A program made the translations under genes and the position numbers. DNA of 62,971 bases, filler included, from Rhabdomonas costata (taxonomy: Eukaryota), in the NCBI GenBank assembly GCA_019059605.1. It is 51 parts of 51 records of this genome, joined end to end, with 100 filler letters (N's around TTAATTAATTAA, not from the genome) between each part and the next. Parts side by side here need not be neighbours in the genome. Positions count along the whole stretch, not along the records: positions 35,883 to 37,021 come from JAHMHO010026791.1; positions 37,122 to 38,244 come from JAHMHO010026792.1; positions 38,345 to 39,481 come from JAHMHO010026793.1; positions 39,582 to 40,718 come from JAHMHO010026794.1; positions 40,819 to 41,955 come from JAHMHO010026795.1; positions 42,056 to 43,192 come from JAHMHO010026796.1; positions 43,293 to 44,429 come from JAHMHO010026797.1; positions 44,530 to 45,666 come from JAHMHO010026798.1; 43 more parts are not named here. One strand, 5' to 3'. Position 1 is the stretch's first letter, and each line of letters starts with the position of its first letter. This document shows, in pieces, positions 36,172 to 49,270 of the stretch. The notes under the pieces are model-generated. The model was given only the letters and a program-made list of their open reading frames with translations. It did not search any database and was not told the DNA's origin.

Positions 36172-37347
36172 CAGCGTAAATGCACACACCGCTTGTACCT
36201 TGAAGGTCATACTTGCGAATAACATGCCGCAATTGGCATCAGAATTTTCTACCGCTTTCATGTCATATCTGAAGTACTGCACTGGCGTGCCGGCATGATT
36301 TTTTCAGGACACGATCTCTGTACGTTGAGAGGCTTCGATTCCCGTAACTCCAATGAGTCTGTGTATGGTAATGCTGAATGCTGGCAGTGTGTTTCTGCCA
36401 GATGTATTTCTCTTATACTTCCCTGCGTTGTGCTAGCTTCACCCCTTCACAGTGCCGCCTCTGGATATCGCGGCGTCTCTTTCTACGATATACGTGCAGC
36501 CCGTATTTGGTGGGGTTTTTCTTTCGGCCTGTGTACCTTTGAACTCAGTGAAAGCTGCCTGATTTGTGTCAGTGGCCGTTGGTTGGCACCTTGTTGCGCA
36601 TTTGTGCCCGTTGCCATTGTTTTTGGGGTTATTGTATGCAAGTGTGGTGAAGGTGGAAAAGTGGACGGCGTGAACTGATTCGAATCGGAATCCGCCGGGC
36701 GCCGTTCAAAAGGTTACCAGTTAAAAGTTTTGTAAATAAACTTTACTTTTTGGACGGGAATCAAAGTCGCCCCACCACCAGATATATTTACTGGAACCGT
36801 TTGGGCGCAGACAGGAGCACGACCCAGCTTCTGGGAAGACGGAATACAGACAAAATACAGAATCTGATCCGGAGTTAGAGCACAAAATTTTTTCGAACAA
36901 ATTTCGGGGATTAGCCCTGTGCTACCCAGCGGGGGTGCCTCCGCTTGGCATGGACCCCATACCCCACAGCTGTATGTCGTCCGTGTCGTCCGTGTAGCCC
37001 GTTAGCCGCCTCTTGGAGGCGNNNNNNNNNNNNNNNNNNNNNNNNNNNNNNNNNNNNNNNNNNNNTTAATTAATTAANNNNNNNNNNNNNNNNNNNNNNN
37101 NNNNNNNNNNNNNNNNNNNNNCGCTTGAGGATGTGCGCGGAGGTAAATGGAGTTTTGCAAATGGAAGAGTCGAAAGAATTGAAGCTCCGCCAAAAAAAAA
37201 TGCGGACAATCCCACACAGCCCCAGCACTGGAGCAGTTTGCGACATGAGCAATGAAAAGGTGTTTTTATTGGATTCTTACCAAGCGTTATTTGCCCCACG
37301 GCGAGAAGCAGCTTTGCTTTTGGATGCTATATGTGTGTGGGGGGCAG

Positions 37348-38224
37348 GTAGCTCCACTGTTCTCCAACGAATGCGCCGCGGATACACCGCGGAGACGTTC
37401 TACGAGTTGGTGCAGCACATCCGCTCGGTACTTCGTTGACGTTGATGCGTTTTTGACGAGTTATGATGCGCTCCCGATTCTGAGATGTAAGGCGCCCTCT
37501 CTAACCATGGCCGGTTCGTGAAGCGTGCCACACACACAGCGCTGCTGTGTGCGGATGAGTGTTTTTGCTTGTAGGTAGGTAGATGGTTGGTGGACTCTGC
37601 ATCTGCTTCTGCCGCCCTATGTCCTCGTTTCCATGCTGCTCGTGTTATGAGTACTTAGTGTGCTGTGGTTTGGCTTCCTAAAAGAGGATTCCAGGGGTGT
37701 CCCTGTCTACCGACCTTATCGTGGGGTTCTGCGGCGAGACTGAGGAGGAGCACCTTCAGGGCTTGCAGCTGCTGGAAAGGATTCAATTTGACAAGGTCTC
37801 TCCGTCTCATGCGTTTGCTGTGCCCTTTGCGTGGGCTTTTGGGGGGTGGGGTTGAGCATGTGCGTGATTTTGAAGGTGCACGGCAGCAAACAAAGCGACG
37901 TATGGGGGCTGGTTTTTTTGAAAGGCTCATTGAAAGGCCCACGTTTCCTGCCTTTCCTTTTTTCTGTGTTGTGCTGAGGCCAGGCAGTGTGATCCGTCTG
38001 AACGTTTTGCTTGTAAATCACGAAGGTCGCTCTCGTGGCTGGCCGCTCCGTATTCTGAGCGCGAATCAAAACCTCTTCTCTCAGAGATCTCCTCCCTCCT
38101 TCTTACCATTTTTCCTCACCGCCAGGCATTCACGTTTGCGTACTCCATGCGCGAGAAGACGTATGCTGCGCGGCATCTTACCGACGACGTGCCCTCGGAT
38201 GTGAAGGCCAGACGCCTTCAGCAG
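37348..38224 (+). CDS. CDK5RAP1: tRNA methylthiotransferase MiaB/CDK5RAP1 (exons 37348-37427, 37685-37795, 38126-38224)
   Basis: [30 protein letters not shown] and [13 protein letters not shown]...[12 protein letters not shown] motifs; frames consistent over two GT-AG introns. Confidence 0.92.
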
Positions 38225-38344
38225 GCCCTGTTCTCCCCAACCCCNNNNNNNNNNNNNNNNNNNNNNNNNNNNNNNNNNNNNNNNNNNNTTAATTAATTAA
38301 NNNNNNNNNNNNNNNNNNNNNNNNNNNNNNNNNNNNNNNNNNNN

Positions 38345-38455
<111 letters not shown>

Positions 38456-39635
38456 CCAACCCACTCTCGCCCCATCTCTTATCTAGCTCTGGAAGAAAAG
38501 TACGTTAGGGCGCTCTGGCTCCTGGTGCGACCGGAGCATGTGTTGTTGTCTTTTGTTTTTTCATCTCATTTCCGCATCCCTCGGCAACACAAAAACAGAC
38601 GTCACGGGCAGAGACACACATACTCGCTTCCCTGTATGTTCCAGGCGTCAGTCCTCTTCCCTGTCCCTCGCTCTGCTATTCTCGGAATGCGGTTCCTTTG
38701 GGTCTTCTGAAAATCCGGAGCGGAGGAGGCTGATTTGGTTTTCGATTGGTTTTTGGTGGGCGGTGGGTATCCTTTCATTGGCTTCAGTTGCCACTGAAAA
38801 ATGCTGCGCTGTCCGCCGATTTCCTCTCTCCTGTGGTTGCATATTGCTGCCCTTCTTCACTCACACTGACACAGACTTGCACGTGGGAAAACACTACTGC
38901 TGGCTGTTTTTCGTTTTTTTTTCAGCCTTGGCTTTAACAACGATTGTTGTAGCCTCCCTGTACCCCTCGACTGCCGGCAGCGTGTGCACACCGTTTTGGC
39001 TTTCCGAGAGATGATCTTTTTGTAGGGGGTTTCTGAGGCTTCGTGAGATTCCGTGATAGTCTGCAGTATGCTGTCAGCAGGATGGCTTCTATCGGATGCA
39101 CTTTCCTTCACGCGGGAAACGGTGGTGAGCATTTGCAAGGTGCGAGGCTTCTGTGGGAGTGCTTTGTGACATCCTTCGTCAGTGGCATTTTTTGACTCTT
39201 CCTTTCCTTTCCTTTGAATTGTTTCTCTCTCTTTTGCGGAGAAACAATTTTCTTGGTCGTGTTGGGTTGGTGGGTTCGAAAAACACCGCATGGCTCAGCT
39301 CGTCGCCACAGCAAGGGCGGAGGGTGATTCTTCTCTGGCTCCTGCTGATTCCTCCCAGGAGTCACTGCAGAAGCGCGTCGAGGACTTGGAGCGGATGGTG
39401 CAGTGGCAAGGTTTCACGCTAGCTTCTGCAGTGACTCCTGGGAGGAATCAGCAGGAGCCAGAGAAGAATCACCCACCACCCNNNNNNNNNNNNNNNNNNN
39501 NNNNNNNNNNNNNNNNNNNNNNNNNTTAATTAATTAANNNNNNNNNNNNNNNNNNNNNNNNNNNNNNNNNNNNNNNNNNNNGTTTTTTGTGAACCTTCCT
39601 TCGACTAGATCTTCTCAATTTATCTTGCAACTCCA

Positions 39636-40500
39636 GTGGAAGGCTTAGAGGAAGATAAATGTATTAATCCATCGGAGTTGCAAGATAAATTGAGAAGATC
39701 TAGTCGAAGGAAGGTTCACAAAGAAGAAACGGAGAGTCCTCTCAACTCAGAAGATGAGTACGAGTCAAGTGGAAGTCGAACGCCCTTGAGAAGACCAGAC
39801 GAAGAGAACGAGGAAGATGGTGTCGAAGGACTGGACCCAGTGTGGAGTCCATACTCGGAAGAGGAGGAAGTTGAAGAGTTTTCGGAGTTGCCAGTCCCAG
39901 TTATACCAATGGAGTACGACATTGAACCGGAAGACGAAGATTTCGCAGATGAGGAGCTGCCAGACGGAGATAGTGTAGAAGCGGATGAGCCAGTGCAGCA
40001 TCACCTGCGCCCAGAGCCGGGATTGTAAGAAGTCAGAAGAATTACCCAAGAAGTGGAGTCGTGGGATGCAGAAGCGTCTCACGAAGTTGAAGATGTGGAA
40101 GGCGTAGCCTCAGGAGCTCAAGTGGAGCAGGAAACATCAGTTGATGTCTCCCCCGAAGCTAAAGCGTTGGGAGAGCGCATGGCAGCGCGTTGGAGAGAAT
40201 TGCAGGAGCAGATGTATAAAAGGTCGAGTATACCCCCAGATAAAGACCCAGAAGTTGGATCGTTTGAGGCTATGGAAGCTGACGAGAAAGAAGAGCGAAG
40301 ATAAATATGGCGAAGTGATGTTAAGCAATGTTAAAGGAAGAATCCCGTTGCCAAGATTTGGGCCAGAAGAAGAGGTGAAGGTGGAGCCAACGATCTTCAT
40401 GGCTATGTGCTATAACTTGATGGTGACCCAATGGTGACCCCTTGTCTCAGCGAAGCATCATCAGCTTCCGAGGTACTTCACGTTAGACGAGCAAGATAAA
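39636..40500 (+). mobile_element. Degenerate retrotransposon gag-like region (tentative)
   Basis: Intronless, A/G-rich, Glu-rich frames broken by stops and a frameshift, followed by IPLPRFG...PTIFMAMC; composition unlike host exons. Confidence 0.3.
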
Positions 40501-42769
40501 GATGCGATTGGATATAATGCATTTGGTTTTGTGTGGAGCCCAGAAGTATGTCTGTTTGCAAACCCAAATGCATTATTTCCAATTTATCACCTCTTTATCA
40601 CCTCTGAACATACGTCCACGTTGGTGGACCAACTCGTCCACCAACGTGAACGAGTTGGTCTCCTCGTCCACCTTTGGCTGCACTTCACCAGCTGAAACAA
40701 AAGGACAACAACAAACAANNNNNNNNNNNNNNNNNNNNNNNNNNNNNNNNNNNNNNNNNNNNTTAATTAATTAANNNNNNNNNNNNNNNNNNNNNNNNNN
40801 NNNNNNNNNNNNNNNNNNGTTGGGTTTGGCTAGTCGGTAAAACTGCTTCCAGGAGAATGGTAGTAACATCCACTGATTGGAGGTCGCGCATCCCCTCCCG
40901 CATTTCGTTTGGGATGATGGCGTGACTTTTGAGCCAGAGGTGGGCAGTCTCTGGTGGCCAGGCTTGTGGATCCTTGTGGTTGTGCCTGGGTGCTGGGAAC
41001 AGGCGCAGGTGAGAAGTACCCCGCGACCACATGTGGATTGCTCGCTCTTCTTGCTCTAGTTCTCGCTAAAGTTCTCCACATCTGCTTTGTTTTCTCCACA
41101 CCGCACTGCATCTTGATTCTGTCAATCACATGCATCATATGCGTGTTCTACTCGATTCTCCGCCTGACCGCCTTGCTGAATGTGCTGAGGAGGAGGCCTT
41201 GTTCTTGTTATTCCTTTTAGTCACTGTCTCCTTCCTGTAGCGCCGCGTAGAGTGCTTGATCTGCACTTTCCAGCGCACCTGCAGTTTGAAAAACCACATC
41301 ACTCTGGAAATTTAGACCAGATTTCGTACTGGCTGTTACACTGAGCGGCCTTGAAGGCCTCGTACTCCTGCCGTAACCGTGTGTACCAGTCTTCCTTCGG
41401 GGTGTATGACAGCCGCCTGGTCCTCCCACCCTGGCTCGACGATGTGGTGGCATGAGTCTTCCTCCTAGATCATCTCGCCGGCATCGGCTGTTGACTGCAA
41501 TTACGATGGGTGAATCCGGTCTTTGAGGAGAAGCGCGCTGCTGGATGGAAGCTGCGGAACCGTAGATACTGTCAGACCTGTACTGACGTGCCACTACAGG
41601 TCATCCCCGTTGCTAGGCCCCTTGCATGGCTGCAACATGGTTTTCACCATAGGATCAAAGGCCTTTGGTTCATGGCATTCAAGCACAACACGGTACGCAA
41701 CCAACAGCCAGTGAGAAGTTTCATCTTCGTCCATTTTGATTGCACCCGAGACCATGTACAATCGAAGAGATCGTCTCTTAATCTTGGCGGCCACGTATGT
41801 TACAGATGGCTTGCCAGAATTGCCAAAATGTGCAAGAAGATGTTGACGCTTACTTAAACTGCTCGGACTTCCTGCTCCTCCGATACGCTTATCTGCCTTG
41901 GAGGATGATAAAGAGATCTCTCGCTGGTCCAACAGCTGTTGTGCGACCACCAAAANNNNNNNNNNNNNNNNNNNNNNNNNNNNNNNNNNNNNNNNNNNNT
42001 TAATTAATTAANNNNNNNNNNNNNNNNNNNNNNNNNNNNNNNNNNNNNNNNNNNNGGGGGTGGGGCGTTAAGCGTTTGGCGCAGCTACCTTCTTTATTTC
42101 AGATGATCACTGGAATTGTTGTTACTGAGCTTTGACAGACAAACGAGAAAGGATTTTTTTAGGGATTGAAGCTAGTCTGCGGCAGGGCCGGCGCGAGCGG
42201 TGGGGGAAGAGGCGTTCCAGGGGTTGATAATGGTTTGTTTAGCAGTGCTCAACGACCGCATTGGGCACTTTTTGGGCGATGTTAGTTTTAGTATTTGAGG
42301 GACCTGTGCTTGCAGGGGGGGAGGCTTGTGAAGGTAAGCGACAACGTCTTGTGCGGAAAAGCAGCTTATGGACAACCAGCCCAAAAAGGTTGCTTTGAGG
42401 GCAACAGGGGTACAAAAAGGGTTACACATGAGCCTCTGGGAGGGTAAAGTTGAGTTTTCACTGGTTTCTTGTTCGTGGTGTTGTGCCCTCTCGTGGCGTT
42501 CGTGGATGTTGTGCACAGCAGAGTGGCACGCACATTTTTGAATATGCCTTCTGATTTCCACTTTCCAAAAAAACATTACGTCAAAAAACTGAGGGAGTGT
42601 CCAATTTGGGATCCAAAAAGGCAATTACGAACACTCGTCTTCTGAAAGTGGATAGTGACGCAAAAAAAAAAAAGTCGATTGTGTTACCTGCTACAGTGTT
42701 TTGAAAGAAATGAACACTATCATTTGAGCACGCTTTCGGGGAACGGGGAAGGGGGGGGGCGGATCAAAC

Positions 42770-42845
42770 CCAAAGTCAGAGGGATGACGTCCAGCAGCAC
42801 AAGCTGCATCATCGACTTGTCACGGATGCCCGCCAGAATAGCCCC
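42770..42845 (-). CDS. HSP70 family exon (interdomain linker)
   Basis: GAILAGIRDKSMMQLVLLDVIPLTLG matches HSP70 AAILxG...LLLLDVxPLSLG; AG/GT flanks. Confidence 0.85.
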
Positions 42846-45800
42846 CTGCAACCACAGCAACCTCCACAGCGAATGCTCCATGTCCAAGAATGAGAGACAC
42901 AGAGGATGCAATCATAACGTGGTAGGGTGATAACACATCACTCGCTGTGTCGAGTGAGCTGCAAGTAAGTGCATGCGACGGTCATCTTTTCTTTTCCCCA
43001 GTTTTCATTTGGGCCTTCCGCTTATTTCCTCTCTGTCCTAAATTAAAAAACATGAACATATTCAACGGAGGTACAAAAAGGGAGGAGCGGGGCACGGGGA
43101 AGAAGTGGCGACCAACTCACACCGCGGACAGACGCACTCAGCGCCACTCAGCGCCACTCAGCGACAGCCACCAACGCCCAGCACACAACCACNNNNNNNN
43201 NNNNNNNNNNNNNNNNNNNNNNNNNNNNNNNNNNNNTTAATTAATTAANNNNNNNNNNNNNNNNNNNNNNNNNNNNNNNNNNNNNNNNNNNNGGGGTTTG
43301 GGGGTCAACGGTGAGTTGAGGGAGGAGGGCGTGGTAGCCAAGAGAAGCCCCCGCAGCCCAGGCACACGCATCCCCTTCCTCTCCGCCACCACGCCCTCCT
43401 CCCTCAACTCACCGTTGACCCTCAAGCCCACTTAAGCAGAAGTGAGATGGCAGAAGAGATTTTCAATAGGTAATAAATCCTGCTCAGTCATCAGGGTGCC
43501 ATCAAATGCACAGACGGATATCAACTGTGGGAGTGTCTGTCCTTCCTCAGTGCTACGACAGTTGTTCTGCTTTCGCTGCCGCTGAAAAAAACAGGGCAAC
43601 CAACCGAATTAAAAACAGAAGGCCACAGTCACTGAATTCAAACATTGCTGAGACTGAACCGATATCTTGAGAGATGAGGGGTTTGTTTCCGGCGAGAACT
43701 TTCTTCTCGGATTCTGAGAGTAAGAACACATGCAATTTCTGTTCCGGCTCCCACCGGTAACCATCATCATCCCCGCTTTTATCATACGTTTCGGGAGGGC
43801 TGCTATATAAACAAAAAACCCGATCCTGCTTCGGCTTAGCTTTCTCTTTTTATCACACCCAACTCTGCTGTGAATGATTACAGTGCCAATTGACCTTAAG
43901 AGAGACTTCAAAACAAAATAATCTGGTCACTGAAGGTTTCGTTCATAAAATATAAAATAACGACCCCTTCATACTGCACCGAATCGTACCTCCACGTCCA
44001 CAAAGGCAGGGAATCTTGAAATACCGAATTTTCAATGCTCAGAGCGGACAAAATTTCCATCGACGGACTTGACAGGACTTCGCCGCTCCCAGCAGCATAT
44101 GGGCACAATCAGCAAAGTGGGGAAAACTGAGTCACCACATTTGACAAGGAAACACGCGCCCACATTTGGGTCCAGCACAGCCACTTAGGAGACTTCTGTA
44201 CAGTTGCAGTTGACACAGCAAAACTCTCTCTTTTAAACCTATCCACTGACCCTCGGTCACGTGTATCAACCGAGATCCGCCCCTGTTCCACCAACAGCAA
44301 CCTCTCCACCCATTTCAGACCAGCGGCTCGTCCGGCAGCTGGCCTAACAACATACAGAGGTGTTCAATTCACTTCACCACTTCCTGCCACCCATTCTCAC
44401 ACCCCGCTCTCCATTCTTTCCCCCACAACNNNNNNNNNNNNNNNNNNNNNNNNNNNNNNNNNNNNNNNNNNNNTTAATTAATTAANNNNNNNNNNNNNNN
44501 NNNNNNNNNNNNNNNNNNNNNNNNNNNNNCACATCCCACGCATTGCCAGTTTAATCACCCAAGCTTGCACACGTGTTTCCATGTTCATACCAGTCTCCCA
44601 TTTATTCCTCTTCACCTTCGCTTTGTTTGGTAACACCTTTACTGTAATTAATCGTGCCTCCTGCGCCTGGGTGCCGTGAACGTTTCGCTTTTTTAAATGA
44701 AAACACTTTCAAAATGATTGGTATTGACATAACTCACTACATTAGTGCATGTGACGTCTCTTTTGGTGGTGGGAGATTCGTGGAACCCGGTCAACCGGTT
44801 TACCATCCATGCGCTACATTTCCCCATGTGAAGACCAAGAGAAGGAACATGAGGAACATGAAATGAGTGTGATGAATTTGACTCCATCGACATCCATTGT
44901 TCGTTCCACCGCCATAATGCACTTACTCTCACTCAACCCAACATCATGTATACGTGTCAATCCATGACCTCACTCTCACCTATGATGCGCCTCCGCTCGG
45001 TCATTAAGTCATTGGCGTAGCCGTGGTGAGTATGCTAAGTGAGTAATTCAGGTTGCGCTCTAACTCTCTGTTTCACACTTAGAGTTTGATTCTGAGAAAT
45101 ATCAGTAATATGGTCCATTGTATAACCATAACCATACACCTAAACACTAACTATCATAAAGAAAAACGCACACGCGAACCAAAAGCCAACAAGCTGACAC
45201 CGATATCAACACATGGATGCTAACTTGAGAGTGCAAAGTCGGATAGGAAGGAAATGAAGAAGACGCGAACGTAACCACGGAAGCAAACTACGATAATGCA
45301 CACTACTAGACATAGGAGACGGAGAACTACACGTACACGAAGAACTGGAAACCCACCTTCAGCAACGGCGCGACAACCATTACAATGACCAACACACCAA
45401 CGCGCCAAACGGCATACCATACACTACACCTGAAGCACCATCAGCCCCAGCCAACGACCACAACGCACACACCAAACCCATACATAACGCGTGAAGCACG
45501 AAGACCAACTACATACTGACACAGAAGTACACACAATGCTACACCCAATTGCCCAACGCCCATCCACCCCGAATCAGCTGCACACAAAAAGCCACATCCC
45601 CCACCACTGGCACCACACTCGAAAACACATTGAACCACATAACCCACCACTTGCACCACCACACAANNNNNNNNNNNNNNNNNNNNNNNNNNNNNNNNNN
45701 NNNNNNNNNNTTAATTAATTAANNNNNNNNNNNNNNNNNNNNNNNNNNNNNNNNNNNNNNNNNNNNGTGTTTGTGTACCTTCCGCCTTCTCATCTCTTTC

Positions 45801-46302
45801 TTGTTCCGTAAGTGTTATTTGTTGTTTGCAGTTTGCACGTGGACCTATGAAGTGCCGAACGGTCGCATCGAGTTTTTTGCGGAAAAAAAATAAGGTGCAA
45901 ATACTGGCCAATCGGTTCTTTCAAAAAGGAAGGAAAGACGACTCCGGATTGATTTTTCTTTCGGTTTTTGGTGGGTTCAAGACCTTTTCTATTCGAGGTG
46001 TTTTCTCTGGCTTCTGATCGGGTTCCGGGTGCTTCCCGGCTACTTTCCGGATGTTTCGGCTGAAAACGCGGGTTTCGATAAGCGACCAGCAAGGATACTG
46101 CCACAAAATTATCAGATTCAAAAATTTCAAGAAGTTAAGCTTGAAGCTTTAAGTCGTAATATAACCATAAATCTGCAGGTGGTGTCAAACGGAGAACTCA
46201 GAGGTAGAGAGTATATGAAATACAGATTTATATGAGCTAATTTCGTTTCAACAGGGAGTAGGCAAAATCAGTCAGCAAAAACGGGGGGGGGGGGGGGTGC
46301 AC

Positions 46303-46538
46303 CTGCTCCCCATGCACCGCACATCCCGCAGCGAACCGAGGGCTGAACCTCGGCCAGGCGTGGACCTCCGTCCAGGTCAACGCATCCGGGCTCCGCCACA
46401 CGTCGTTCAAGGAGGTAAACGCCCAGGAGCTCAGGCCCCCGAGCACCATCAGCTCCCCGTGGAAGACCACCATGCAAGTGCTCATCCGGGCGGGCGAGAA
46501 CGGCGAGGTCGGACGTAGCGAGAGCCAGGAATATCCAA
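46303..46538 (-). CDS. Kelch-repeat protein exon, paralogue of 9027-9383
   Basis: SPARMSTCMVVFHGELMVLGG...LNDVWRSPDALTW...FSPRFAAGCAVHG. Confidence 0.85.
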
Positions 46539-47127
46539 CTGCACAACAGGAAACCACGATAGCCCCGCGACTTGCTCTCCTTTGTCCTTTGCTACTATTC
46601 CTGGGAACTCACTCAAAATGCAGGGGCCCGTGCTCCTCCCTTAAGTGCAACGCTTGATACAAACTCGAGGGAATGCATGTTATGCGCCTTCCCCGAGCAT
46701 TGCTGTAGCTCACCGTTGGCTCACCGTACCCGGGCCTCCATTTTTCGCCGTGGGCTGCCTGCTGTTGTGCCGGCGCTGGCTTGTAATCCCCCTGTTTTTC
46801 TCTCCCGAGGCTGCCATTTGTTGTGCTTGCAGCCTCCAAGGGAATGTTCATTGGGATCACAATCAGCTGTCCGGACCTTGGTCGTTACGATACCACAAAA
46901 ANNNNNNNNNNNNNNNNNNNNNNNNNNNNNNNNNNNNNNNNNNNNTTAATTAATTAANNNNNNNNNNNNNNNNNNNNNNNNNNNNNNNNNNNNNNNNNNN
47001 NGTTTTTTGTTCCAATTTCGCCCTCGAACCCCCCGTAATCCTTTCAGCTTAAGTTGATTTTCTTCCGCTTCCCCCCAGCTTCCAACGGTACAGGAAGAAA
47101 CCACGCGCCCGTGCGCCCATCCCCAAC

Positions 47128-48112
47128 CTTTGGTGTAGGTATGGTGCACGAACGGCTGGTTCTCCTTCAGGAAGCTCTCCTCCTTCTGTCCAATGAAGCT
47201 CTCGTCGTCCTGCAGCTGGGTGTAGTCATCCAGGAAAATCGGTACCAACTCGTTGAGCACAAGGCTGTGCTCAACTACAGGGAGGACCTTCCGCAGGAAC
47301 GCCGTGGCGCCAGGGATCGCCGCCCGCTGGGCGTCGCTGAGCTCGGACTCCGCGTTGACGAAGTCTTTGAAGACGTCCACCACGGTAGGATTAACCTGCA
47401 AAAACACCCCACCCATGTTCAGGTCAGAATGTCAGAACGTCAGAACGTCAGAACCTGCCAAGTCGCAAAGGAATAAAAAACAGAACATTGGTGGGGGTGC
47501 ATATGCGATCCCCGCACCAGCGAGTCCACACATTCAGCGAGTGCTTGTTTTCAAAATAGCCATTTTTGCTGTTAACTCATCTCATCCCACATAACTTCAC
47601 CAAACTATTAAAAACTATCAAAGGGGATGTTCAGGAGATAGGTACCACTCCCAACCAGTCAGTCCACTGTCAAAGCAATAAACCACGTAGTGTGGCGGGC
47701 GCATCATTCTCGCTAAAAAAAACACCGGATTCTGATCGGTTTTGGAAGATTTCCAGTGGTTTCCAGGAACCTTTTTCGAATTAGTTTCCACGGGTTTCCA
47801 GCCAAACGTGCAGATTTCAGTCAGGGGGGGTGCCCGACCTGCACGGCGCGCTCCACTTTGCGGTACCACGGGGTCTGCACCACGGCGTCGCAGGGGTTGA
47901 TGACCGCCTGTACCCCAATCTCGTGCTCCTCGCGGCGCAGGTCGTACGTGGGGTCCTTAAACGGCCGCAGCTCCGTGCTGCACTCCAGGGCCTCCTTGGA
48001 GCTCAGCTTGATGTCCCCCTGGCGCGCCACGAAGTACTCCCGGGGTCGAGCGTAGTGCATCTTGATCAGCGGGCGAGTCTCGGAAAGTCGTCCCTCCAGA
48101 AGCTCCCGGTCG
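47128..48112 (-). CDS. WDR63: Axonemal dynein intermediate chain, WDR63/IC140-like (exons 48112-47839, 47395-47128)
   Basis: EIGVQAV...QTPWYR...AVQ and FLRKVLPVVEHSLVLNELVPIFLDDY...GQKEESFLKENQPF resemble the IC140 region N-terminal to the WD repeats. Confidence 0.7.
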
Positions 48113-49018
48113 CTGCCACACTAAACTCACCCAACACANNNNNNNNNNNNNNNNNNNNNNNNNNNNNNNNNNNNNNNNNNNNTTAATTAATTAANNNNNN
48201 NNNNNNNNNNNNNNNNNNNNNNNNNNNNNNNNNNNNNNCTTGGTATTTGTGTCATGGCGCATGGTAGGTCGTTCGGACAAACAACACGGGTGAGAAAGAG
48301 AGAGACATAATGGTAATGTGGGAGCTGCAAAGAAATGTGTGCGCAGGTGCAGAGCGAGTCCGTTTTTTATTACTTATTTTTTTAACTTCTTAATGCTTCG
48401 ATCGATTTTGAACTGAGATGTCCCCGCCGTAAGAATCCACGGGAGTCAATTTTCGGCTGAGCCTATGCTGATTATCAAAACTTACACCCGAATTTATACC
48501 CGCTTATACCCGCTTCCTTTACGAATAGTGTGTGAATGCGGTGGGTGTATCACATGTATCACATGTATCACATGTATCACACGCCTCGAGAAAAGGAGGA
48601 GGGGAGAACGGTGGCGCCGAAGGGGTTGCCGGCACCTCAGGAGATCGTGCCGAGAGCTGCGAGGCCAATAATGCAAGGAAGGGGAAACGAGACCGAAAGC
48701 CCGCAGAATCTGAATGACACATGCACTGCAGTGTTGGCGCCCGGTGCAGGAACGCTTTTGGGACTGGGGAAATAAAAAGGAAGCGCGATGTTAAATGAAG
48801 GTCCATTTGTGGTCGCCCAACTCCCAACCCCTGTGCACCGTTGGGTGCCCTTTAGAACCCTTCTCCACCCTAGAGAACGTTCCCCTAATGGTGGGGAAAG
48901 CAGACATACTCAGGCTACTGGCTGGTACCCTTCTGCTTCTTTCCTCGGCAGTCAGCCAGACAAACCTGCTCATACTCACAGAGTCGGCATTTCAAAAAGC
49001 AGGGGGGGGGGCGCCCAC

Positions 49019-49270
49019 CAAGGTCGGAAACAGCGGTAGCTCTGGCGCCAGCACCACCGCTCGGAACGTCGCCAGCACTGGGGGCATCGCCATCAGGCGG
49101 GACACGGCCCACCGTGAGGAAGTCGTGACGGCCTCCCGAAGGCACTCCGCGGCAGTCCCCACCCCACAGTCGGTCTCCGCGGCGCCGAAGGGCGGGCGGG
49201 AGAGCAGCCGGAGCCGCCCAGAGGGCTTCCCCAGGTCACTGAAGGTCAGGTACTGCATCACTCGCCCGAA
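49019..49270 (-). CDS. Hypothetical protein exon
   Basis: GGCAG acceptor, GC-rich frame FGRVMQYLTFSDLGKP...LPLFPTL, GT donor; no family recognised. Confidence 0.45.

Noticed and set aside
35940-36298. ORFs with FCFVL/KQNKT repeats, and HTHT/CVCV ORFs elsewhere
   Set aside because: Translations of microsatellites.
36906-36970. GGGGATTAGC...CGCTTGGCATGG, faintly tRNA-Ala-like
   Set aside because: No T-loop GTTCRA and no cloverleaf can be built.
40819-41955. Stop-riddled long frames here and at 29699-30834, 43450-44429 and 60600-61735 (possible decayed mobile elements or an alternative genetic code)
   Set aside because: No recognisable domain; real genes here end in TAA, TAG and TGA with no in-frame stops in conserved exons, so recoding is unsupported.
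48546-48581. Short tandem repeats (GTATCACAT)x4; also 10-mers at 24821-24855, 8-mers near 47424-47454 and pentamers at 21254-21304
   Set aside because: Ordinary intronic or intergenic minisatellites without spacers or associated genes.
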